The notes under the pieces are model-generated. The model worked only from the letters and a program-made list of their open reading frames with translations. It was not told the origin of the DNA and did not search any database. From contig NW_003314287.1 in assembly GCF_000143415.4 (NCBI RefSeq), positions 1,014,203 to 1,078,202 of the forward strand: DNA of 64,000 bases, read 5' to 3'. Origin of the DNA: Selaginella moellendorffii (Eukaryota; Plantae; Lycopodiophyta). Below, in pieces: positions 37,617 to 48,919 of this stretch; within the stretch, counting starts at the first letter, position 1; each line of letters starts with the position of its first letter. The position numbers and the translations under genes are program-made.

Positions 37617-37955
37617 TGTTAAGACCCTCAACAAGATCAAGATTGGAAAATGCAAAAGACAAATAGAAAAGTTAGTGGAAACAAAGAAAATGCCTTAGAT
37701 TGGTGTTTGATTCAGATTGTGGAGAAATGGAACAAGGCTAACCTATATATATTATAGGTTGATGAAGCTCCATTACTCTTGGATTAAGGACGGCCTAAAT
37801 ATAGTTGAGGTCGAAGAAGCGCCACATCATTATCAGGAATGTGGCTTGAGACTCAGGAATTGTATGGGAAATCAAAGAGTTAGGAATAGGGAAGTGTGTA
37901 AGTCAAGAATTCAACGAGAGTCAAGAATATGGCAAGAATTGGGGGATTCTTGACA
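37617..37955 (-). repeat. 5' LTR (339 bp)
   Basis: 'tgttaagaccctc...gattcttgaca'; contains a TATA-like 'tataatatatata' (minus strand, about 37744-37756). Confidence 0.92.
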
Positions 37956-39660
37956 CATAAACCAATCTTCTCTGCAGATTTTTAGTTGGTTTATAATTAT
38001 TTCCTTTTAAAAAAGTTTTGATAATATACATAAATTTACATAAAAACAAATTACACACTTTCAGTGAAGAAAAGTTGCTAAGAATTCTCAAAGTGATCCA
38101 AAATATAATAATGCAAAAAAATAAAAATAAAGGTAAAATTAGTGTTATGATTTGTATATAGCATTTTTATTTTTAATTAAATACATAGTTTAATGATTTC
38201 TAAAAAGAATAAAAATTATTTTATTATTTATTATAATATTTTATATAATAAATTATCAAACTTGATAAAAGTTATAAAACGATTTATATTTCCATGTGAT
38301 AAAAATAATTTATTTTTCTTATTTATATTGTACAAAAAGATTTTTTATAGTGAAAATAATTGAATTAAATTTACCTAAATGAGTTAAATTTCTCAATTAA
38401 ATAGTATACATTTTTTATAGTATATGATACTTTTGCTATATACAAAAATTTCATTTAGTTATTTTTATAAGTGAAAAAACCTAAAGTGTTAAAATTGTAA
38501 ATAAAATAGCTTAATTTTAATTGTTGTTCTTTACGATATAGGTATATTTCAACACTTATAGTAATAGTTAACTATATCTAATATGAAGATAAAACAAGCC
38601 AATTGTGAATTTGTAAAAATTCTCATAGTACACATTTATAATATAAAAATAGTAAAGTTAAATATAAGGGAGATTTGTAATATTTAAGTATTATTATTGT
38701 TGTTATTATTGATTGTATCTAATACAAAATTTAAATATAATATAAATATACTTTAAATATATTAAATTATTTCTAAATAGTTTTCATTTAAATTTTTTTT
38801 ATCATTTACTCAAATCAATATTTTATATAAATATAAAGAATATAATAAGTTATTAATTTAGCTATAGTCTTTGAAAATAGACTTGAAAGTTTAAAAATGA
38901 CTTTTAATAGTTTTTTAGGTAGATTTATTTAAAAATATTTTTTTAAAAACTATAAAAATATTTTATTGATTTTAAAATTATTTTTATCCAAAAATTTATA
39001 GCTTTTACTATGTGGGTATTGACTTTATTTAGCTGGAATAAGGGGTTTAATACTATCAAGTTTTTCATTTATAGTTTTGACAATAGAGTTAATTATTGGA
39101 AGTGTAACTATTGTGAATGTAAATTAACTTAAATTTATTCGTATAAAGAATTTAAAAATGAAAGATGAACAAAATTTCTTAAATAAAGATATAAAAATTG
39201 TTAAAAAAAAGGGCAAAAAATGTTGTAGAAAATGTTGAAGAAGATGTATGGTTTGTTTTACTTTTATTAATTTGGTTTTACTAAAAATTTATATATATTA
39301 GTCAATTAACTAATTGTAATTATCAACCGGCCATGAAAATACTCAATGGCAGACTGATTCACAATTCAGAATAATCAACTAAAAAGTTAAAATATTTTGG
39401 AATCTTTAAGAAAATAACTCAGAAGCTTACAATTTCTATTTTATATATACCAAAAAAGTCTATTTTGGAGATGAAGGAAAAAAACCCCACCTTAGTAAAA
39501 AACTAAATTAATTCCTAGAAAGAAATTCAAACCTTGAAAAGGAGAGCCATGGCAGATTTCAATTTTACAAGCTATCCAACACTTTTTTCATCACACACTT
39601 TAACACAGTGCCTGATATATAAAGTTTGAATTAGAATATCCAAAGCATTTTGTTTGTGGT
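37956..39660. other. Extremely AT-rich non-coding tract (probable old, deaminated repeat DNA)
   Basis: No ORFs of 60 aa or more; sharp compositional contrast with the flanking genes; similar AT-rich sequence at about 32200-32660 on the other side of the retrotransposon. Confidence 0.55.
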
Positions 39661-40183
39661 GGTATCTAGAATCTTGCTGATCCAGTTTCTCCCAATGGAA
39701 ACTTGACGCGTGGCATCACTTGGTTCCTACCCCCGTTAAATCTAACCCTTCCTCTACTAAAATTAAAAGAAAAAAGCTCTAGGGCTTGCGTGATTAGGTC
39801 TGGAGCGGCCTCGCGAGTTTTGCTCGACTTCGATGTGATTCCACCCCCCTGTGAGGATTCTGTGAGCTCCGGCGCCTCCCGATGAGCAGGATGTGCTCGA
39901 TCTTGATGAGCATTGCCCGGATTGACAATTCGCTGATAGCATTCTTCGTGTGGATCGATACTTAGCGCACAGGGATGGGGGACGAAGACGCCGCCGAGAT
40001 TGGCTGATTGATGCCAAGGCCGCCCTGCGCCAGGCCAAAATCTAGGTATTCTTCCTTCTTTCTTTCTTTTTCTTCTTCCTCTTCCTCCTCCTCCTCTTCT
40101 CGCGCATCGCCATCGGCAAGAAATCCAGAGATTTCCACCAGCAGCAGCAGTCTGGCAGAGATTCTCCTCCGGGAAGAAGAAAT

Positions 40184-43100
40184 ATGGACGATTTCGAGAA
40201 GGCAATCTTTTTCAGCTTCAATCCCACCGTGGACGCCAATCTCAAGGCGCAGGCGACGGCGTTCGTCCAGCAGGCCAAGCAATCGCCGACGATAATCCAG
40301 GCCTGCGTCGAGAAGCTCCGCTACTCGCAGTACGCCGAGGTCCAATTCTGGTGCCTCCAGGCGCTGGAGGAGATCGTCAAGCAGCGCTACTCTTCCCTCG
40401 CATCGCAGCAGCGCCACCTCATCCGATCGTCTCTCCTGGCGGCGGTGTGCTTCTACGATCGCGACGCCAGCAGCGCTCCAGCGGCGCCGCCCTTCATCCG
40501 CAACAAGCTGGCCCAGGTGGTGGTGCTCCTTCTCTGCATCGAGTATCCATCCCAGTGGCCGGGGGCGTTCGTGGAGCTCATCTCCTTCCTCTCCAAGGGA
40601 CCGATGGTGGTGGACATGTTTTGCCGGATCCTCATCGCCCTCGACGAGGAAGTGATCAGCCTCGAGTTCCAGCGATCGCCGGCGGAGCTGGCCCTCGCCA
40701 CCCGGATCAAGGACGCGATGCGGCAGCAATGCATCGGCCAGATCGCGGCGGCGTGGTACAATCTGGTGGCGGTGTACAGGTCCGCTAGGCCCGACCTCGC
40801 GGCTCTGGTGCTCGAGGCGATGCAAAGGTATGTTTCCTGGATCGACATTGGATTGGTGGCGAACGAGAGCTTTATCCCACTCATGCTGGAGATCCTCGTC
40901 TCGCCGCAGGAGAACCGGGGGCTCCGTGGTGCCGCCGCGGATTGCTTGCTGGCCGTGGTGTCCAAGAGGATGGATTCGTCGGCCAAGCTTGCGCTCCTGC
41001 GCCAGCTCCGTTTGGGACCAGTTTGCGCGAGGTTGACGAGCACCGAGGATGGCGAGTTTGGGAGCAAACTTAGCGCGCTTCTCACTGGGTTTGCTGCGGA
41101 GATTTTGGAGTGTGGGAAGGAGCGTGACACTGGCGAGATGCTGGACGAGATCCTTCCATCGGTTTTCTACTTCATGCAGCACGGTGACGAGGATATATCT
41201 TCGACGACGTTCCTGTTTCTCAGCAACTTTGTCAAGTCGGCCACCGGGAAGCAGGCTACTCACTTGCGGCACATATTGGAGCTCATTCGGTACAGGATGC
41301 GGTACAGTGCCGACATGAAGGATGCTCTGGATGTTTTTGACCGGGAGGGGGAGGAGGAGGAGGAGAGGATGGACGAGTACCGGAAGGAGCTCCTCGTTTT
41401 GTTCCGTAGCGTTTACCGAGTTGCTCCGGAGGTGACAACTTCGTTCGTCAAGGGTGTGCTAGTTTCGATTCTGGGAAGCTCCGGGACGCCGTTTGAGGAG
41501 GTTGAAGCCGGGATCACGCTGCTGTATTGCCTCGGGGAAGGCGTTCCTGAGAGTAGCTTGAAGGCGGACACTGGAGACTTGCCGGAGATGCTCGGGGCGA
41601 TTTTGACAATGACTGTTCCCGGCACGTCGCACCGGGCAGTGGCGATCGTTTTTCTGGAAACAGTCATCAGATACGTAAAGTTTGTACAGCACCACGAGGC
41701 GTACGTTCCTGCTGTTCTTGGGGTGTTTCTGGATGGCAGAGGGATTCACCACCCGAATCCTAATGTCAGCTCCAAAGCAAGTTATTTATTTTCGAGGCTG
41801 GTGAGAACTCTTCGGTTGCAGTTGCTTCCTTATGTCGACAGCATACTACAGGTGTGTTTCTTTTCTTTCATTGAACTCTCTTCTTCTTTTCGATTTTTAC
41901 ACGTTTTCTCGTGTTTCTTTTGCAGAGTTTGCAAGACACCTTGTGCATTTCGGCAAAAAAATCATCTCCAGAAGAGAAATTTTACACTTTCGAGGTATTT
42001 TATACGAAAACGCTTGAGGTAGCTTGATATGTTCCTTTCAGGCTGTTGGCTTTCTTATTGGAGCGGAGGATTTGCCGCGTGATAAACAAGAAAAATATCT
42101 CTCGGCCGTTCTTCTTCCCCTCTACCAACTGGTAACACGTTCTTTTCAAAACGAGCATGAGTTTGAAAATTCTTCCAGGTTGAGTCTACATTGGCAAGCA
42201 AGGTCTCCTATGCCGATGGTAATCAGGCTGCCACCGTCGCACTTCTGCAGCAAATCGTGCTGGCTATCAATCACTTTAGCAAAGTGAGTGCGATTTGCAT
42301 TCGACCTAGGGACTTACCGCGGTCTTTCAGGGTTTTGGAGAGCAGCTGCTTGTGAATAGTCGTCCAGAACTTGGGAACACGTTCAAACAGGTTGGTTCAT
42401 TGTCAATTGTCATTTTTCTCTTGTCTAATTGATGTGTTTGATATTTAGTCCGTGGACGTCGTGTTGAGAATTCTTCTCGCGTATCCCAGAGTTGATGCTC
42501 TCAGAAGCAAGGTAAAAATGAAACGAGCATTTTCACCTCTATCCTGTGACATTCTTTCAGGTTATTTCCTTTCTTCACCGGATGGTAGACATTCTTGGTA
42601 GTTCAGTATTCCCTATTTTGCCAACTGCGATACGGCAGCTGCTCTTGCAAAGCGAGGTAACTATTTTGTATTATTTTTTCTCTAGAAGTGATATCAAAAG
42701 GTTTCTTTTCAGTCCAAAGATTTGGTGGAGTTCATCCAGCTGCTTAACCAACTCATAAACAAATTCAAATCTGCTATGAACACAATCATTCAGGAGATTT
42801 TTCCTTCAGTCGTAGATCGGGTATTTTTTCTTCTTCCAAAGGGCTCTATTCCGGAGAATGTTGTCAGCAATACCGAGGTACGCATTATTGTTTTCCGAGA
42901 TTTTCGACTAATCGACGATCTTCTTTAGGAGATGCGCGAGCTTCAAGAGCTACAAAAGGCATTTTTTAACTTTTTGCATGCGGTTACGTCGAACGACCTT
43001 TCATCGGTGCTCCGTTTCCAAACCGGTGGAAGGCTCAATGAGATCATCCTACTTTTGTTAGACAGTAGTTGCGGCCACAAGGACATACTTGTGAGAAAGG

Positions 43101-43731
43101 TATGTCCTTTTGTCATCTGTCATCTATGCTGCTCACGCGCTCGTTAGCAATGCAGATTTGCGTACAAGTCTTATCTAGATTGGCGTGGGACTGGTGCGGT
43201 AACAGCACAGTTGTGGAACAGGTGACAAAACCTTTCCACTGTGACAACACGAATGTTCTCAAAGTCGTGCATTTATGCAGGTTCCTGGATTCCACCGGTT
43301 CGTGATTGACAGGTTTGCCGCAGATTGCTGCATCCGAAGTATTCTGCAGGCTTCGTTCAACCTCAACGATGCCAATACGGTAGCTGCATTTACTTCGCGC
43401 TGATTCCCTTGTGTTTGATCGTTTTCTAAAATTTCCAGGTGTCCTTGCTCAACGAGATTGCATCCGCGCAGAAGACATTGTATGAGAGGTGTGGCGAAGA
43501 CTTTTTGATACAGATGGCAACCAAAGTCCTCCCGGCTGTTCGCTGTCCGCCGAACATGGCCGAGGAGTATTGCTTGCACATTCAGGTAGAGCGCGTAGAG
43601 AGCTGTGCGAGTGTGTGTTTTTTAAATCCTTCTTGCGGTTGTTACAGCGATCGGATCCCAAGGTCTTGAAAACGTTCTACAGGAACTTTGCGGAGAAGCT
43701 CCGCTTCCAATACAACTCCGGCAACCAATAG
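40184..43731 (+). CDS. PSD: Exportin-T (tRNA export receptor, PAUSED)
   Basis: 'MDDFEKAIFFSF', 'VQFWCLQAL', 'PPFIRNKLAQV', 'EYPSQWP', 'RIKDAMR', 'YVSWIDIGL', 'FLDGRGIHHPN', 'FLHRMVDILG'; many short introns; stop at 43729-43731. Confidence 0.93.
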
Positions 43732-43858
43732 CACGTCTAACAGTTTTGATTGAGAAATAAAAAAGAATGGCTATTTTATAGAACGATTGATTCTTGCAAG
43801 CTTAAGTTACCCGAACTAATGCTTGGATCCCATAATGGAAACAATCGGAAGAAACAAT

Positions 43859-44703
43859 TCACTTGAGAAGAGACCTCGTTAGATGTTCCTTGGCTGTAGC
43901 AAGTGCTTGAGAAAACGTCTGGAAAAGAAAGCAAAAGTGAAGACAGTGGCAAAGGGAATTGTTAGAATCACCTGTTCTGAGAATGGGACGTCGGACTCCG
44001 CGCCGCGCATGGCTACCTTTGAAGCTATGCTGTTGGCATCAGTCTCCAAAACGGTGCTGGTTATACAACAAGCCAGCATGAGAATGAGAGAAACAAAACA
44101 AAGGAAAAAAGGCGACTCACCCTCCGTCGACAATCTCGTCCAAGCACAAAAGGATCAAATCCAGGTTCTCCAGGACCGTCTTCTTGTCCACATTGCCTCT
44201 ACACGCGATCGAAGCCTCGTTTCAAGGCGTAGCAAAGGCGGAAGAACTCACCTGAGTAGAATCGACACAGCGTCGAAAAACGCTTGAAGAACAGTCGCGA
44301 GGATGAGCTCGTTCTCGTCCTCCCTGCCAGTCACGTAGAAGTAGAGGTCGGCCACGAACTTAAACACCACGACATGGCCCTCGTACAAGCCAATCTCCGC
44401 TGCGAAAGGGAGAAGTCTGAGAAAAGGAAAAACTCGGCCTAGTTTTCTCTATTTGCTCACCTTCCTGGCGGGCGTTCATGCGCTGCGTCTTGGTGAAGAC
44501 CGACTTCTCGAAGGCGAGCTTGGCCGCGTTGTTGGGCCAATAGTCGCTGTAGTACTTGACGGCCACGCGCTTGCCCTCGTCGTCCAGCAGCAGTATGTTG
44601 CTCACGAACGGATCCAGCAGCTGCGCGCCAGGGTTTGGAGGAGAATCAGTCAGATCTGGAGAGCAGGGAGCAAGATCAAGATCACAGAGCATACCTCTCC
44701 CAT
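43859..44703 (-). CDS. COPZ: Coatomer subunit zeta (COPI)
   Basis: Micro-exon MGE, then '[17 protein letters not shown]', 'FEKSVFTKT', '[15 protein letters not shown]', '[18 protein letters not shown]', 'LETD', '[17 protein letters not shown]'. Confidence 0.95.
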
Positions 44704-45139
44704 TTGCGCAGCGAAGACGATCCACTAAAAACCCTAAAGCCCAAAAAACGAATATGCCTCTCCTTGGGATATACCGCTCAGGAATATTCAGTCTCTTGCT
44801 CCTTCAAGCATATTCTGTCTCCTCGTAAAGCACATTCCGTTTGTTTTACTTTGCACTAAACTTCTTGACCAAAACAACGTGAGAATTTTCTAACACTTTT
44901 TCGAGTGTGCGCACGTCAACATTAGTGCGTGGGGCTGCTTCGTTAGAGTGGGGCGGGGTATATTCCATGGCTTGCGTCCCAAGGGAGAGAGATAGCGCTT
45001 GCCTTGCCATGGATGACTTCTCCTCCTCGCGCAATGCGTGGAAGGGAAAGAAAAGCAGCACGGGGATTTCGATCGCGACGCAGCGGGAGTGGAGAAGCGA
45101 GGGCGAGGGCGAATTTAGCTCCGGAGCCATCATTGGATC

Positions 45140-46852
45140 ATGAAGAGCAGGGGAGGGCATAGCTCCTGGCGGAAGATCGTCTATGGCGGAGTCTTGGCGC
45201 TGGCCATCATCGCGCTGCTGGCAATGCGCCCGGGATCGGAATCACGCGACGTTGGTGAGTTCCTCCCTCGGGAGATTAGAGGTGAAGCCAACAAGGTTGT
45301 CAAAGAGATTGTGGAGGAGAGCGCGATCAACAGTAGAATTGACCATATCGTGTCTCTCCCAGACAACGAATTCCTCTTCATTGTCTCGAGATCCTCGGCG
45401 CGAGACGAGAGGATCGTCAAGGACCTCGCAAAGGGTCACTGTTACTTGAGAATTCCGTCGGGACCGAGGCCAATCGCCGCGAGGATTGTGGACAATCTTA
45501 GCGGTGATGGCGGGAGGAGGATGATCCGGTGCCGAGCAATCGACCAGCAGCTCCCATTGCAATCCCCGCTGGTCGCCACCGCCCAGATTCAATCCAGCGA
45601 CGGCAAGATCACTCTCGGGAGCCGGGGCCGATCGCTGGAGCTCGTGAATTGGAACAGGATCGTCTTTGCGGCGCTGGCCAGGGAAGAAGATCTTGTGCTC
45701 TTCACAAAGGGAATTTTCTCGGTGAAGAAGGAGAATCCCCCAAAGCACGCGAGATGCGTCTTCTACACGGACAATGGCGTCGCGGTCACATACACTCGCG
45801 TGCTCGGGATCGCCCAAGAGGTTATTCGCTGCGAATATCCGCCGGGACAGGGAATATCTAGGGGCAGCCTGGTGTCGGTGGTTCCCGGAGAAGGTACAGG
45901 CGGCGACGCGGCGGCGCCGTCGGTGGCGGTCTACGGCGGCGCCGCCAGGGAGGGGCAAAGTGCCCGGCCGCGGCATTTGCTATGCGCGTGCACGATGGTC
46001 CGCAACGCCGCCAAGTTCCTGCGCGAGTGGATGCTCTACCACTCGCACCTTGGGATCGAGAAATTCGTTCTCTACGACAACAACAGCGAGGACGGGCTCG
46101 AGGAGGCGGCGGCGGAGCTGCGGAATCGCGATGGATTGGCGGTGGAAATCGTGCCCTGGCCGTGGATCAAGAGCCAGGAAGCCGGCTTCTCGCACTGCGC
46201 CGCCAGCCGCAGGGACGAATGCCAGTGGATGGCATTCGTGGACGTGGACGAGTTCCTCTTCCCCAAGCTCTGGCTACATTCCGGCGCCAAATCCACAAAC
46301 GCAACCGGGACCGTCGGATCGTCCCCTCTAGCGCGGGCGATCGCCGCCGCCACCCGGAATCGCTCGCAGATGGTCGGCCAGATCTCCTTCCGCTGCCGCG
46401 ATTTCGGGCCATCTGGGCAGGCCACGCATCCAACGGCGGGGGTCACGCAGGGGTACACGTGTCGCGTGGTCAAGGAGCAGCGCCACAAGTCACTAGTCCG
46501 GCTGGAGGCCGTTGACCGGGGACTGGTCAACGTGGTCCACCACTTCACGCTGGGTCAACGCTACGCGACCGCGAGGATGCCGTCGTGGAAGGGCGTGGTC
46601 AACCACTACAAGTTCCAGGCGTGGGACGAGTTCAAGCAGAAGTTTGAGAGGCGGGTGTCGGCGTACGTGAGCGATTGGAAGGAGGAGCGCAACATCAAGT
46701 CGCAGGATCGAACGCCCGGGCTGGGGAGCAAGGCGGACAAGCCCGCCGACTGGGAGCGCCGCTTCTGCGAGGTCCAAGACACCGCGCTCCGGGATTACAT
46801 TCTCAAAACCATGGCTTCTCCGGACAAGTTGGAGCTTCCCTGGCAGTCGTAG
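45140..46852 (+). CDS. Glycosyltransferase family 92 / DUF23 type-II membrane protein (copy A, intronless)
   Basis: N-terminal TM; 'LCACTMVRNAAKFLREW', 'YDNNSED', 'WPWIKSQEAGFSHC', DxD motif 'FVDVDEF', 'VVHHF', 'NHYKFQAW', 'DRTPGLG'. Confidence 0.92.
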   Translation: MKSRGGHSSWRKIVYGGVLALAIIALLAMRPGSESRDVGEFLPREIRGEANKVVKEIVEESAINSRIDHIVSLPDNEFLFIVSRSSARDERIVKDLAKGHCYLRIPSGPRPIAARIVDNLSGDGGRRMIRCRAIDQQLPLQSPLVATAQIQSSDGKITLGSRGRSLELVNWNRIVFAALAREEDLVLFTKGIFSVKKENPPKHARCVFYTDNGVAVTYTRVLGIAQEVIRCEYPPGQGISRGSLVSVVPGEGTGGDAAAPSVAVYGGAAREGQSARPRHLLCACTMVRNAAKFLREWMLYHSHLGIEKFVLYDNNSEDGLEEAAAELRNRDGLAVEIVPWPWIKSQEAGFSHCAASRRDECQWMAFVDVDEFLFPKLWLHSGAKSTNATGTVGSSPLARAIAAATRNRSQMVGQISFRCRDFGPSGQATHPTAGVTQGYTCRVVKEQRHKSLVRLEAVDRGLVNVVHHFTLGQRYATARMPSWKGVVNHYKFQAWDEFKQKFERRVSAYVSDWKEERNIKSQDRTPGLGSKADKPADWERRFCEVQDTALRDYILKTMASPDKLELPWQS

Positions 46853-47928
46853 TGAAGAGATGGTTTCTACTATAGGCTTTTGACACATTCTATACCATCG
46901 CCCGAGAAACCCGTGAGACGAGCTTGACTCCTTGCTTGATGCGTCAGTACAGTCGGTTGGGTGGTCGAATCGCGATTTTGAAAGTTTACTTTTCAGGTTG
47001 AAGTTCTCATCATTCAAGCGGTTGCGCAGTCGTTTCGTCACCATCTCGGAAAACACTGCCCGCCTCGAGCACTGCAAAGCATATTTCGGCCAACGTAACA
47101 ACTTCCACGTTTCCACTTTTCCACACAATGAGTTCCATTATTTTTAGCTTGGACGAGGGACCAAATCGATCGTGATCGATCGTGATGAGCACCATCTCGA
47201 TCGAATCGGGCAGAAAAAGCCGGAATCGCAAGCGAAGAATCGTTCGCACTCAGAGGCGGACGATCTCGAGAGCTTCGACGGCCTCGGCGATAGCGAGCTG
47301 GAAACGTAGCGAGAAAACTAGCTTGGAGCTCTGCAAATCGACTCAAGCTCTTCTTGAGCTAAGGCTGTCATTCACATTCAGTTGACTGAAGGATAGACAT
47401 GAAGCCTTAGTTTTACCCCTCTCTCTCTCTCTCCCTCTCTCTCTCTCCGTTTTCGTTGTTCGAATGTCTATCACGAACACAGCCAAAGTTTAGCAAAGCG
47501 AATTTTCCTCGTGAAGTAGCCCACTTGTATCTGCGCAGCACTAGTGGAACCCGACTGCTCCAATATAATCCGTAAGACTCTGACGGGAACAGCTTCCCTG
47601 TGCAAAAGACACAGTCCCATACCTAGCAATGCGTGAAAAGGAAGTAAGAATCCATAAGAACCACAACTTGTGACATGTTATCGATTAGCAAAGATTTGAG
47701 TCTCATCTATGCTTTACGCTTTTGTCTTCCAGGCAAACATCTGTTAGAAAAAAGAAAAAGAAATCCACAGTACCTGGAACTTAATAAATCCTTCCTAAGG
47801 AACTGGCAGCTTCCGGTGCCGCCATGACGAAAACTATCAAGGTGGCCATCACAAGAGATCAAAACTTAGAAAAAATGGACGTGTCGACAGATCAAAGAAA
47901 AAGAATGTAAAATTGATCTCAAGCTCGA

Positions 47929-48485
47929 TCATTCTTTCTTCCTGGCTCGAGTGGAAGGATCTTCGGCACTCTCGACGAACATCATAAACAAGTAGCCAGC
48001 ACACCACAGAGCGATGAATCGAAACGGGATCCAGTAAACGCAGCCAAGCAAGCTCAAAATGGAACCAAAGTACTGCGGATCGCGCAAGTATCCGAATGGA
48101 AACTTGTCTACCCAGGGAATGCTCTTGCCGAAGCGCACGCCATAGTAGACTCCATCCTCGCCAAGCAGCTGATAAACCCTGAAACCATCAATCGACACCG
48201 ACAGTGAGCACAATCTTCCCAAATCTTTCAAGATACACACCTGATATTCAATGCCTGACCCACAGCGATGGGAATCCACACCCACAGCGGCGGCCAAACA
48301 GAGAAATCAGCGACGGATGCCAGCGCCAGGAACTGCACAGCCTTCATTGCCGTGGACGCCAGCGCCATCGCGTGGCACGGATCTGCTCCACCGCACAGGC
48401 GCGTCCATAGCGAGGGCCGCATCCAGAGAAGCGCGTAGAATGGGAAGGGCAGCAGCACTCCTGCTGAGACTAATATCGCTTCCAT
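47929..48485 (-). CDS. PLMT: Phosphatidyl-N-methylethanolamine N-methyltransferase
   Basis: 'GVLLPFPFY', 'DPCHAMA', 'GQALNIR|VYQLLGEDGVYYGVRFGK.IPWV..FPFGYLRDPQYFGS', 'ESAEDPSTRA'; one intron at about 48179-48240. Confidence 0.92.
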
Positions 48486-48676
48486 TGCTTCCCAAGAACC
48501 CTAAACCTCTGTGCGTCTGCCACGTGTAAAGAGCACATTAACAAAGGACAAACATGAGCATATTCCTTAATTTGAATTTGTTCTAACGCAAAATTATCAC
48601 AATTTTAGTATCGACAACTGGGAAGATCAGTGACAGTACCTTTGTTGGTTGACAGGCATTGTCTCCTCAATCAATT

Positions 48677-48862
48677 CCCAGTTTGATCGTTCGCAACTTC
48701 TCTTCGCTGAGCAAATGTTGTCGCTCTCAAGCTGTTCGTCTCCCCCAAAATGTCGCGGTTGAATACCCAGTTCGATCGTTCGCAACTTCTCTTCACTGAG
48801 CAGACGTTGTCGCTATCAAGCTGTTCGTTTTCGCTGCTTCCACCAAAAACATGTCGCGGTTG
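48677..48862. repeat. Two-copy tandem duplication (about 90-97 bp unit) between the GT92-B stop codon and the PLMT start
   Basis: 'cccagtttgatcgttcgcaacttctcttcgctgagc...atgtcgcggttg' repeated at 48677 and 48766. Confidence 0.85.
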
Positions 48863-48919
48863 TTCTGTCGATCCGTGGGTGAGAATTGACAGCAAAATTA
48901 CCTCCACGAAAGGAGCTTG

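Larger units (their letters stand above)
32664..37955 (-). mobile_element. Decayed Ty3/Gypsy chromovirus LTR retrotransposon (Tcn1-like), both LTRs present
   Basis: Paired TG...CA LTRs; 5-bp TSD tataa/cataa (one mismatch); minus-strand order gag ('KFSG...GFLNQ...LLEGAALSWF', 'NLCLYY...H...CP'), protease ('ALLNLGA..CFID'), RT ('YPLPLI...KIDLHGAYNLIRI...FGLTNAP...YLDNILIYS'), truncated RNase H, integrase ('SISMDF'), chromodomain ('YEVQDILDSK'); PPT at 33051-33066; many stops and frameshifts. Confidence 0.95.

Noticed and set aside
39962-41272. 436-aa antisense ORF (likewise 52509-53783, 14982-15602 and 48816-49577)
   Set aside because: They are antisense or alternative frames of GC3-rich exons of well-conserved genes, with no recognisable motifs.
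47359-47410. Short hairpin ctaaggct...agccttag
   Set aside because: At 52 nt with a bulged stem it is too weak to call a miRNA, and it matches no family I recognise.
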